A program made the position numbers and the translations under genes. Shown here piece after piece: positions 52,300 through 64,000 of a stretch of DNA of 64,000 nucleotides. The notes under the pieces were generated by a model. It worked only from the letters and a program-made list of their open reading frames with translations, did not search any database and was not told the DNA's origin. Source of the stretch: the human T2T-CHM13v2.0 reference genome, Homo sapiens; NCBI RefSeq assembly GCF_009914755.1, contig NC_060930.1, one strand, 5' to 3'. Within the stretch, counting starts at the first letter, position 1; every line of letters begins with the position of its first letter.

Positions 52300-55200
52300 A
52301 AATAAATTTTCCACAGGATCTAGGTGACTTGACAGTGATTTAACTGCCTGTTAGAACAAAATTCAATGCCTCAGAGCAAGACAACTTAGTCAACTGTCCA
52401 TAACATATCATCAATAATTGTTAGCACTACGCATGCAAATAAACAGGTAAAATTGGTCCATAATCAAAACGAAGCATAAGCAGAAGTAGAGCCACAAATA
52501 ATCCAAATGTCAGAATTATTATATAAGAATGACACAATATAAATATGTTAAGAAAATTGTAGGAGAAGATGAATGTAATAACAGGATTTTCAATAGATAT
52601 TTTAAAACTCTAACAAAAAAATTAAAATCCTAGAGCTGAAAAATACAATATATAAATTAAAAATACATTGAATTAATAGCAGATTAGATTCTGCAGAAGA
52701 AAGAAACAAGAAATGTAAAATCAAGTCAAAAGCACAAAGGAATAAAAATAAAATAACCACTGACTCAATGAACTATAAGACAATGTCAGACTGTACAAAA
52801 TAAGTGCAATTAGAGTTCCAGAGGTAGACAAGAGGGAGAATAGGGCAAAAAAACTTTTGAAGAAATAATGGTCAAGTTTTTCCAAATGTAAAAAAGAAAA
52901 TTGGAAACCCTCAGAGTTGATAAACTTGGTGATATAATTTAAATGTTTGTCCTCTCCAAATAGCATGTTGAAGTGTAACTTTCAAAGTTGGAGGTGGGGC
53001 CTGGTGGGAGTTATATGGGACATGGGGGTGAATCCCTCATGAATGGTTTAGTACCATCTTCTTGGTGATGAGTGAGTTCTCACTCAGTTGGTTCACACAA
53101 GATCTGGTTGTTTTAAAGAGTCTGGGACCTCTCCCTTCTCTGTCTTGCTCCTTTTCTTGCCATGTGATATGCTGGCTCCTGCTTCACCTTGTGCCATGAG
53201 TAAAATCTCCTAAAGTCCTCACCAGAAGCTGAGCAGATGCCAGCACCATATTTTCTGTACAACCTACAGAACTGTGAGCCAATTAATCCTCTTTTCTCTA
53301 TAAATTACCCAGCCTCTGGTATTTTTTTGTAGTAAGGCAAAAATGGACTAATAAAAAAAAAATGCAACCAAGGAGTGGGTCATTGCTATAAAGATACCTG
53401 AAAATGTGGAAGTGGCTTTGAAGTTCAGTAATGGACAGAGATTGGAAGAGTTTAGATGGCTCAAAAGAAGACAGGAAGATGAGAAAAAGTTTAGAGCTTC
53501 TTAGAGACTAGATAATTGGCTGTGACCAAAATGCCAGTAGAAATATGGACAGTGAAGGGCAGGCTAATGAGTCCTCAAACAGAAATCAGAAGTTTATTGA
53601 GAATGAGAGGAAAGGTTACCCTTGTTATGCCCTAGCAAAGAACTTGGCTGCATTGTATCCATGTGCTCGGGATTTGTGTAAGGCTGAACTTAAGAGTGAT
53701 GACTTAGGGTATCTGGTGGAAGAAATTTCTAAACAGCAAAGCATTTGAGAATTGACTTGGATGCTTCTGACAGCCTACAATAAGATATGAGAGCAAAGTT
53801 ATAACATAAAGTTTGAACTCATATTTTAAACGGATTCAGAGTGTAAAAGTTTGGAAATCGTGCATCCTGGACTGTGGAGCAACTACTTGTTAGAGAGATT
53901 AGCATGACTAAATGGGAGCCAAGTGCTAATATTCAAGACAATGGGGAAATGCCACAAAGGCATTTTAGAGGCAGCCCTTCCCATAACAGGCCCAGAGGCC
54001 TGGGAGGAAATAATGATTTGCTTTGGGAGGCCAGGTCCAGAGCACTACTGATCTGTGCCACCTCAGGGGACTGCTTCCCACATCCCAAATGCTTTGCTCC
54101 ACCAGTGGCTCAATGGGACCTAGGTAGAGCGCCAGCTGCCACTTTGGAGAGTGCAAGGCACTGTAAATCTTGGCAGCCTCCAAGTGGTGTTAAGTCTACA
54201 AGTGTACAGCATGCAAGAGTGAAGAAGGCTTAGCAGCTTCCACCGAGATTTCAGAGGATGGATGAAAAACCTGGGTCCCCAGACAGAAGCCTGCTTTAGG
54301 GTTGGAGCTCTCACAGAGAGGTTGTGCTACGGCAGTGCCAAAGGGAAATATGGGGTTGGAGTCCCCACTCAGAGTTCCCTCTAGGGCACTGCCTAGTGGA
54401 GCTGTGGAAAGGTGGCTGCTGCCCTCCACATCCAACAATAGTAATCAGCAGCTTTCACCTTGAGCCTGGAAAAGCCACAGGCACTAAACCGCAGCCCTTA
54501 AGAGCAGCCATGAAGGCTGCACCCGGCAAAGCCACAGATGCAGAGTTTCCCAAGACCTTTGGAGCCCACATGTTACACTAGTGTGCCTTGGATGCAGGAC
54601 ATGGAGTCAAAGAAGTTTATTTGGGAGTTTTAACATTTAATGTCTGCCTTGATGAGTTTCAGACTTGCATGAGGCCTGCAGCCCTTTTCTTTTGGCCGAT
54701 TTCTCCCTTTTGGAATGGGTATGTTTACCCAGCACCTATACCCCTATTGTATCTTGGGAGTAGATAACTTGTTTTTGATTTTACAGGATCATAGGTGGAA
54801 GTAGCATGCCTTGAATCTCAGATGAGACATTCAGCTTTGATGTTGGAACAAGTTAAGACATTGGGGGACTATTGAGAAGAGATTATTGTATTTTGAATAG
54901 TGAGGAGAACATGAGATCTTGGGGGTAGCACAGGGGTGGAATTATATAGTTTGGATGCTTGAACCCTCCAAATCTCATGTTGAAATGTGGGACCTAGTAG
55001 GAGATATTTGGGTCATGGGGGTAGATCCCTTATGAATGGCTTATAGCCATTCCCTTGGTGATGAGTGAGTTATTGCTCAGTTAGTTCATGCAAGATCTGA
55101 TTCTTTAAGAGAGTCTAAGACCTCCCCTTTTTCTATCTTGCTCCCCCTCTCGCCATGTGACATGCTAGCTCCTACTTTACCTTTGGCAATAAGTAAAATC

Positions 55201-55900
55201 TCCAAGGCCTCACCAGAACCCAGGCAGATGCCGGAACCATGCTTTGTGTACAGACTGAAAGACCATGAGTCAATGAAGCCTCTTTTCTTTATAAGTTATC
55301 CAGCCTTGGGTATTTTTTATAGCAATGCAAAAACAGACTAAAACACTCAGTAAACTTCAAACTGGTTAAATAAAATTTTTAAAAAGCACTCCTTGTATGA
55401 TAAGAGGAGAAAAGAAACAAGTACTTACATAATAGTTAAACTGCTGAAAATCAAAGCTATAGAGAATGATTTTAAAAGCAACCAGAGGAAGACATGTTAT
55501 ATACAGAGATATATTAATGGGAATAACAAATGACTTCCAGTTTTATTTTTAAAAATGAAGAAAAAAGACAATGGAACAATATATTTAGTGACTTGAAAAG
55601 GAAGCTGTCAACATGGAATTCTGTATCTGGTAAAATGTCTTCCAAAAAAATGAAAAATAAAGCTATGTTTAGATACACAATTTTTGGCAAAATTAGTTGC
55701 CAGCAGATTTGCATCAAAAAAAAAAAAACATGCTAAAAGGAGTTCCTTGGGCTGAACAGAAATGAAGATACCAGATGAAAATCATTGAAACACAAAGAAA
55801 TGACAAGCAGTAAAACTGGTAAATATGTGGGTAAATATAAAAGACAATTTTTCTTTTCTTAATTTTTTAAAAAGACAATATAATGTTTAAATTTTTAAAA
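52300..55900 (+). mobile_element. Old L1M ORF1-region fragment, split by the MST provirus
   Basis: aaatcctagagctgaaaaatacaat...aatagcagattaga...gaagaaataatgg; resumes acataatagttaaactgctgaaaatcaaag after 55345. Confidence 0.75.
52930..55345 (+). mobile_element. MST(B)-type MaLR provirus: 5' LTR 52930-53354, internal 53355-54941, 3' LTR 54942-55345
   Basis: Two similar LTRs; internal ttgctataaagatacctgaaaatgtggaag motif; purine tract before 3' LTR; TSD cttgg/ctcag. Confidence 0.9.
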
Positions 55901-55909
55901 ATAATGGCT

Positions 55910-56530
55910 ATGGGTTTTACTTCAGCATAGAATGTAGAATGCTTCAAAAGAATATCACTGTCATCCTAAAACAAGAAAAGCCAGTTAATCTACCAAAAAA
56001 AAATTATTAAGCCTTCAGAGACCTCAGGTAGTAAGAAAACAAACTAAACCGAATTTCAAAGTGTGACCAGACCCTCTGAAGAGAGGGTGGACACATGAAC
56101 CATTTGGCAGAGTACAGGAGGACGTGGTCGCTTCCATAAAAGTAAGCAAGAATAAATAAGCTATAACTTTAACAAATTCCTAAAGGCCAAGTATGGGCTA
56201 ATGGAACAATTTGGAATAACTTAGAGCCTCAGGTAGAAGGGTAATTTACACTCACACACAAAGTTTTTTCCATGGTCCTCCATTAGGTACTCATGAGAAA
56301 GATCTGGGAAGGCAGGAGATCAGGACGAGCCATTTCCCCCAGTGGGAGCATCATGTGGGAGGTAATCAGCTACCACCAGGACATGAACAAAAACACTGCT
56401 GCTTCCATTTTTCTGAGTGAGGTGTAAATAAAAACTTAGGATACCGGAGAAGAGAAAGCAAACTTTCTTGGTACTACATACAGCCTTGCCAGAAATCCAT
56501 TGCTTCTAAGCAGTGGTAAGAATTCTTATC
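55910..56530 (+). mobile_element. Probable L1M 5' UTR fragment
   Basis: acttcagcatagaatgtagaa...cctaaaacaagaaaagccag resembles ancient L1M 5' ends. Confidence 0.45.
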
Positions 56531-57374
56531 TTCCACCCCAAATCACAAAGTGGCTGCAGTGTTGTGTTTCTGGTGCAAAATGGTAGCAGGGAATATTCTA
56601 ACATCTAGCAGCAGCAATTTCCCCTTCAAACAGTTCTACAGTGTGGTTGGGGCATTGTTCCTGGACATTCAGCCTTGAATTTGTTCTTTTGATGGCCAAT
56701 GGTCCTGTGAATGCACTGTTATCCTTTTAAATAAATTATTTTTTGTTTAATTCTCTCAGACTCCTTTTTAGCTGCTTGCAGTTAAAAACATTGACCAATG
56801 CAGTTAGTTTGAGCAAAGGAAAGCAATTCTAACAGTCAGTGCTACATTAAAAAAATTCACATTGATACTTTTCTATGTATATGGAAAGTAGGAGTAATCC
56901 TGGCTGTCAGAAGGACTATCCTCAGAAGAAACTTACTCTGTATGGAATGAACAGGAGAAGTTAGGACCAGCATTTAAGGCTTTGTTCCCTGAAATCCTGC
57001 CATCCCTATGGAGATCAGATAAGTCAGTGTGAAGAAATCAGTCTTCCAATCACTCTAGGTTCGTGCAGTGTGAAACCTAATGGCTTATTTTTCTTGTTTT
57101 AACCACTATTCCCAAGATGAACTTATACACAGGAACTCAATAGCAAAATTATGCAAAGACAGAAACAATAACATTTCTGAGAATCTATGAAGCCAAAAGT
57201 ATCCTATGTACACTGGATATGTTTTTATTTAAATAATGTGGTGCATGTTTTGGTTTCTCAACTGCAGTCTATTGTAATGAAGTAATTTGACTCCCAGATT
57301 ATAAGTGATTCTAAAGCACCACTGGAGTGAATACACCAGCTCTTGCCAATGATAAGGGACAATGATCTTCTGAC

Positions 57375-57702
57375 TAGTGGTTTCTCAAGTCTAGCTTCTC
57401 ATTGCTGTATCCTGGGAGAGATTTAAGAAATGCTGAAGCCTGAGTCTCAGCACCAGAAATTCTGATTTATTTGTTCAGAAGTGTGGACTGAGTGTCAAGA
57501 TCTTTTCCATTTCCGCAGGTGTTTCTAACGTGAACCAAAGTTCAAATCACACCTCTAAACCCTGGCTACTCCACAGACCAGCAGCTTGGTGGAAGTTGGT
57601 TAGAAATTTATCATCTCAGGCCCTGGACCTGTACTATATATCAGAATCTGCTTCTTTAAAAGGTCTCAGATGGTACAGATGCTAAATTTTGATACATACT
57701 GC
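57375..57702. mobile_element. Two adjacent MER5-type MITEs
   Basis: agtggtttctcaa...aattctgatttatt...caggtgtttctaa; then gaccagcagc...ttagaaat...tctcaggccc...tcagaatctgc. Confidence 0.65.
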
Positions 57703-58689
57703 CCTAGGCCTTTTTATATAGTTTGTGTTGGGACATTTAATAAAACTCCAGAATTGTCATTAGTGAATAAACATTGTTTCTTCCTCATGTCCTTTCCTTC
57801 TTCCCTCCTCTCTATCCTCTTCCACGCCTTCCAGTGTTTGGAGCACCCTGAAAAAATGTTTTTCATCACACTTCAGGTTAACAACTTATATGCATGGGAT
57901 TATATTCAAAATCGACATCTTCCCCTGGAAATTAAACATTTCACAATTAGCACGGCTATGGCTTAAGATGCTAAATGTACCATGAAGCATAACTGATACT
58001 AATCATGGGGTGGCTTGTGAGGAAAACAATATTGATAGAAGACATTTTGCACAAAAAGGATATTTTACCATGAAATAGAAAAAACCACTTTATTACATGC
58101 ATCATTCTAACTTCATTAAATTGACAATGATATTGTTAACTACAATTTTTTGTAGACTAAAGTAAAAAATAGGTCCTTCTGAATTTTAAAACAACAATAT
58201 TTCACAGCAAGAAGACACATCATAACAAATTATTTTACAATAAACTGGGTTGGTTGTTTGGCTTTTTCTGCTTTGTTTCATTAGTTTTTTGTTTGTTTTT
58301 ATGAAACAAGAAAGAGAAATTAAGAAAGCACAGAAATATATTCTAATTACCATTATTTTTTCTCATGTTTTAGCATAGATTTGATTCATATTATTTCATA
58401 AGTCCATGAATACCAAATGAAAGTATGTTGGATTTTAAAAGTTGGTATTTTAGCTTAGAACATGGAGCATAAAAACCTTCTAAACAGGGAAATTCCTGAA
58501 CCTTGATAACAGTTTTTATATACAAATATAAGAAGCTCCCTTTAGGAGCACAGTTCATCATTCTACCAGATTTAGACTAAATGATTGTTTTCCTATGTAC
58601 CCAGAATTTCCTAATATCTGGATTTCTGCCTACTCCCACTTTCTGTTACTTCTGTATTTCCTCATCCCAAGAATGGTCACGCTTTATTA

Positions 58690-58860
58690 GTATTCCTTCA
58701 GTGCCCATCTTTCACGGAAGACATTAATTTCAGAGAGCAGAAAACAGATCTGGCTGTTCATTGCTGTATTTGCAGCCCTAAACACAGTGACTGGCACATG
58801 GCAGGAATTCAATAAATTCATAGTAAGAATTTAATAATTAACTAAGAATGAGTGATATCC
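58690..58860 (+). mobile_element. L2 3' end fragment
   Basis: gttcattgctgtatt...acagtgactggcacatggcaggaattcaataaat. Confidence 0.7.
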
Positions 58861-59639
58861 AAGTATGTTTTTTATCCACTCAAGTACTAACAAAATTTTT
58901 CCCAATAGAAGAAAAAAATTTATAAAATCAGAAACTCTCTTATAAATTTACTAAGTTTCAATTATAGACTTCTCTTATCAATGTTAGTAAATGGAAATGA
59001 AACACCTACAAAGAAGTCCTGCTGCATTTTTCCAGCTTGACAATTGTGCTACTCAACACAAAATAAAAATCCAAAATTTCCCTTCTCACAGTCATCTGTG
59101 AAAATCATACTACAATACACATCAAACAGATCTTACCCAGAATACAACTTTTTAAAATTCCCATTTTGTATTTCCTACAAGGCTCTTGACACATTCCACA
59201 CAATTTCATACCAGTCTTTTATATTTTCCTGGGTTATGGCTCCTCCTATCTGAATACACTCTTTTGTGATGCTGAGTGGGAAGATGGTTCCCCTTAGTCT
59301 TCTGAAGTTCTAGCTGCAAATTCATACTAGGATTCCTTAGGACCTTGCCCTTTTTTTTCCTCATCAGAGATTATTTCTATTCCCTATTTCCCTTTCATAA
59401 TAAAAATAATCTTTACATGGCAAGCTGCAAGAATCTAAATTGAATGTTTCTTTGCCCTCATTGACTTAATTGGTTCTCATAATACAAAGCTTACATAAAC
59501 TCATCCATCGTATTTTTGAATCCTGCTAAAATGTGGTAGAAACAAAGAGTGAAAATCCTTTGAAGAGTTTTTAGACCAGTACAGGAGATTACATTTTCAT
59601 ACAGACAACTGCTACCCACAAATGCCATTAGACACACAA

Positions 59640-60281
59640 GTCAAGTCCCCACCTTATCTTCAGGGAATATGTTCTAAGACCCTCAAAAGATGCTTGAAAT
59701 GACAGAAAACACCAAACCCTATATACACTATGTTTTTTCTTATACATACATACCTACAATAAAGTTTAATTTATAAATTGCACACAGTAAGAGATTAACA
59801 ATAACTGATAATAAAATAGAACAATTATAACAATATGCTATAATACAAGCTCTGTGAATGTGGTCTCTCTGAAAATATCTTATTGTACTGTCTTCTCATG
59901 ATGATGTGAGACAGTAAAATGCCTATATGATGAGATGAAGTGAGGTGAATGACATAGGCATTGTGACATGGTATCAGGCTACTACTGACCTTGATCACAA
60001 GCACTGCCATATGGTAGTAGTCGATCTGATAACTGAGTCCCCTACTAAGTGACTATCAGGTGGGGAGCATATACATATGGATACACTGCACAAAGGCATG
60101 ATTCACATCCTTGGTGAGACAGAGGACAGCGTGTGATTCCATCATACTCCTCAGAATAACACACAATTTAAAACGTATCAATTGTTTATTTCTGTAATTT
60201 TGCATTTAATATTTTTGGACTGCAGTTAACTGCATGAAACTGAGACCTGGAAGCATAACCACGAATAAGGTAGGACTGCTG
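59640..60281 (-). mobile_element. MER44 (Tigger7-derived) DNA transposon
   Basis: TIRs agtcccccaccttatc / gaataaggtaggactgctg; tttaatatttttggactgcagttaactgc motif. Confidence 0.8.
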
Positions 60282-60367
60282 AAATATATTTCAGCAGGTT
60301 GAAGGATTCATGTACTCCTCTATTATGGTGATGTAACCATTTCCTCTAGGCACTACTCTGAATTACT

Positions 60368-60840
60368 ATGTGAGTGAAGAATTGCTGCCAAGTAACACAA
60401 CCCCCCCGCCAACAGTGGCCTAAACAAATTATATGTTGTGTTTTTTCTCACATTGTGAGATGTCCAGAGATAAGTACTTTCTGGTATTAGTTCAGGAGCT
60501 CGTAGATGTCGGTGATAAAGTCTCTTCATTCCTCTTAATACTTCTCTCAGAGTGTTTTTGTGGTCATAAGATGATGCTCCACATCTGGAACCAATCCATA
60601 ATGAAGAAAGGCAAAAACATACACCCACTGAATCTGACCCCTTAGCAAGAAGCATTCCAAGAAGCCTCACTTCTACTTATAAATCATTGTCCACAACTGG
60701 GTTACATGGCCACTGTTATTGGCAAAAGGGACTGGAATTTCGTTTTGAATTGAATACATTGCTGCTTCCTCCACCCCAAATATCTGAATTTTCTGAGTAT
60801 GAAAAGGAAAATGAACATTGAGTAGGATACATCATGTCTA
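60368..60840 (-). mobile_element. MLT1 (J/K-type) LTR
   Basis: acagtggcctaaacaaat...tttttctcaca; tcattgtccacaactgggttacatggcca. Confidence 0.7.
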
Positions 60841-60945
60841 CATTTTTATTACCTTTTCCTAAAATGCACTTTCTTTACATGCCACTTCTGTTAAGCCCTC
60901 TCATTAGCTCCATTATTCTCCCCTAACAAGATCAATATGCTTGCA

Positions 60946-61008
60946 GTATATGTGTGTGTGTGTGTGTGTACACTCATGTGCATGCACACATGTACACATG
61001 CATGTGTG
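60946..61008. repeat. (TG)n plus degenerate alternating purine-pyrimidine tract
   Basis: Direct reading. Confidence 0.85.
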
Positions 61009-61658
61009 AATGAGTTAGCCTCTGGTCCACAGTAACACAAAGTATATAATAAATAAAAAAAGAAAGAAATTTGGGAGAAGCTTATTTCTTTAAAGAAAAC
61101 TACACCAATGGTATTTCATCTTTTAAATGTTTATGCACTATGGAAAGTAAATGATCTGCAATATATTCTCTCCCTTAATCTATGAAAGAAAAAAGATGAT
61201 CCAGACTAATATTTAAAAATGCAAATGACAGACTTCTGATATGAAAACTAATGCTATTTGAAATTATTAGTAAAGTGTGATAGCAGCTAAAATTTTTAAT
61301 TTGTCTTAGTCTGATTTGATAATCTGATTCTTTGTTTCTTATACTAAGATATGAAGAACACATTCACATTCAAAGATAACAAAGCTCTACAATTAGGTCA
61401 AAATTTTGAAATCATTGAAGATATCATAAGAGACAATTTCAAGGAAACCTATTAGTAAGATAAAAATTGTTCTGTGAGTTTTTAAGGAATGTTGATTACA
61501 TGTCCAAAGAGAAGTATGGAATTAATAAAACTGGAGAAGTGTTAAATATGATGCTTATAATGGATACATTTAATATAGATTAAAAACTTTGTATTGAATA
61601 AAAAGTTGTATATCTTGACTTCAAATTGATTTATGCAAATCAATTCTCTAGTAATCGT

Positions 61659-64000
61659 TATAGCAGGAAGAGGTCTAAAGATCACCCACCCCTCAAAAAA
61701 AGTTTTTTAAGCCTCTGTTTATTCAATCAAACACTAAACCAGGCTCTGTTTTGAAGGGAGTTTGCAGATGTAATTAAAGTTCTAAGTCAGTTCATCTCAA
61801 TATACAAAGATTATTTAAGAGAGAGAGATAATCTAACCACACAGGCCCTTTAAAAGCAGGAGTAAAAGACAGGAGAGGAGGTTAGACAAAATTAAAGCCT
61901 GAGAAAGACTCACCACATCACTACGAGTCTAAAGATGGAAGGTACACATGAGAAAGAATGCAAGCAACCTCTAGGAGCAGAGAGCAGTCCCCAGCTAACA
62001 GTCAGCAAAGAAACCAGAACCTCAGTCCTACAACCACAGGGAACTGATTCTACCCACAACCTTAATGATCTCAGAAGCAGATTCTTCTCCAGATCTCCTA
62101 GATAAGAGCCCATCCAACCAATACCTTGATTTCAGCCATAAAGAATCCTAGGCAGAAAGTTTAGCATGCTGGCCTTCTGATCTACAGAACTTTAAGCTAA
62201 TAAATTTTTGTTGCTTTTAGTCATTTTATTTGTGGTAATTTGTTAGAAAGCAATAGAAAACTAATATCGATTTTGGTACCAGAAGTGGGGTGCTACTATA
62301 ACTAATATACAAAATGTTGGAGTGTCTTTGGAATTAGTCAGTGTCAGAGGCCAAAAGAAGCTTGAGAATAACTTTTTAAGAATCCTGACAGATGAAGCCT
62401 AGATTTACTTTAACAAACTCCTAGTTAAACCATGAATGTTAAACATACTGCTTGAGAAGGCTTAGAATGAAGTGAAGAACATGTTATTGAAAATCAAGGA
62501 AAAGGGATCATAGTACTCTAGTGGCCAAAAGCTTGATAGAATTTTTTCCTGAATGTATGCAGAAAGCAGAACTTGTAGATGATAAAAGTTATTTATTTAG
62601 CTGAGGAGCTTTTCAAGCATAATATTAAAGGTGCTGCCCGGTTTTAACTTGCTGCTTATGGTAAAATATGAGAGGAAATAGATAAATTTATGGAAGAACT
62701 GTTAAACAAAAAGGAAACAGAACTTGATGGTTTGGGAAATTTTCAGCCTATTCTGACAGCAAAAGCTACTAAAATTAAGAAATTGATTTTGAAAGTGTAG
62801 CATAGAGAAAAAGCCATTTGTGTGGATAGGCAACACTTTGATCAAATCTTAAATCAAAAAGAATATTAAGTCACAAGAGATTAAAAATTTGCTTTATAGA
62901 TCTTCTTAATCAAGTCAAATAGCTTCTAAGAAGATTAAAGGTGTTGTACCTCAGCCATTTCACCAAAAGCCAAAGATAGAAAAAAGATATCTCAAAATGA
63001 TTTGTGGACTTGAGATCTGTCTAATGGGGTGAATCCTCATGTCATGGGAGACCCACAAGTATTTGAGATATCTATATCAGCAGAAATACTTATAACATGG
63101 GCTAAAGGGAAAAAAGATTACCAAATGAAAAGGGGTTGTTAGACCGCCATGACTTTACTGACAGAAAGTAGCCCAAGAGTGTGGAACCAAGAGCCCGGAG
63201 AGAATTTCTGAGAACCACAGAGAATTATTGGCCACAGGCTTTTCAACCTAAGAGAGTCTGCCCGGTGGGATTTCAAAATGCCTTTGGACTCTTGGCTCCC
63301 TTTTATTTTAAATTTTCTCCTATTTGAACAACCACTTTTACAATTATTATTCTGTTTTTGTCCCACCATTGTGTGATAGGAACAGATAAATGTTTATTTA
63401 ATGTTACAGATCTGCAAATGGAATGGCATTGTGCCCAGGAACCTCATTCATGCTGATTTAGATTATTTCAATGATGATATTTTGAATTTTGAGCTGATGC
63501 TATAATGGAATGAGACTTTTGAGGACATTGGAATGGTATGAATGTATTTTACATGTGGAATAGACACAAATCTTTGTGGGAGCCAAAGGGTAGGCTGTGG
63601 TAGATACAAAAATGGTCCCTCAAAGATGTCCTGTTCTAATGCCCAGAGCATATGAATATGATAATATATCACTCCTGTGTTCATACAATTGTATAGCACA
63701 GTTGAGCTGAAGATAGGGACATCATATGGCTTGGCCTAATTTAATCACACGAGCCCTAACATAATCACAAAAGGAGATAACTTTTCTACCTGGTGGCAGA
63801 AGGGGATGTCAGAAGAAGGCATCAGTGTGCCATTGCTAAATTTGAAGATGGAGGGGGCATGAGCCAAGGAATGTGGGTAACCTCTAATGCTGAGAACAAC
63901 CTCCAGCCAACTCCCAGCAAGGGAACAGGGCCCTCACTCCTACAACCACAAGGAAATGAATTCTGTTAACAACCTGAAGGAGCCTGGAAGTGGACTGCCT
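61659..64000 (+). mobile_element. MLT1E-group MaLR provirus: 5' LTR 61659-62268, internal 62269-63595, 3' LTR 63596 to window end
   Basis: LTR end gcaatagaaaactaata followed by gattttggtaccagaagtggggtgct (MLT1-int start); purine tract gggagccaaagggtaggc then tgtggtag. Confidence 0.88.

Noticed and set aside
53545-54581. Cluster of ORFs up to 119 aa
   Set aside because: Decayed MST internal sequence with stops and frameshifts

Overview
Primate (human-like) AT-rich euchromatic DNA, intronic or intergenic in character, and dominated by interspersed repeats. It contains L1 fragments of several ages, including two 5'-inverted (twin-primed) insertions with intact target-site duplications (TSDs). 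It also holds AluY/S/J, many MIR and L2 copies, an L3/CR1 relic, a complete LTR12C solo LTR, LTR9, LTR33, MST and MLT1 LTRs, and two MaLR proviruses. DNA transposons include a near full-length Tigger1, MER44, MER5 and MADE1. No recognisable protein-coding gene, tRNA, rRNA or CRISPR array is visible, and almost all supplied ORFs are repeat-derived or chance. The items most worth checking are: a speculative in-frame chain of three minus-strand exon-like segments; an LTR12C with a newly created splice donor plus a downstream plus-strand exon candidate; an MLT1E provirus whose two LTRs look like different subfamilies; and palindrome-seeded tandem duplications. Repeat family names come from recalled consensus motifs, not a database search. 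I found no evidence for a novel multi-gene system.
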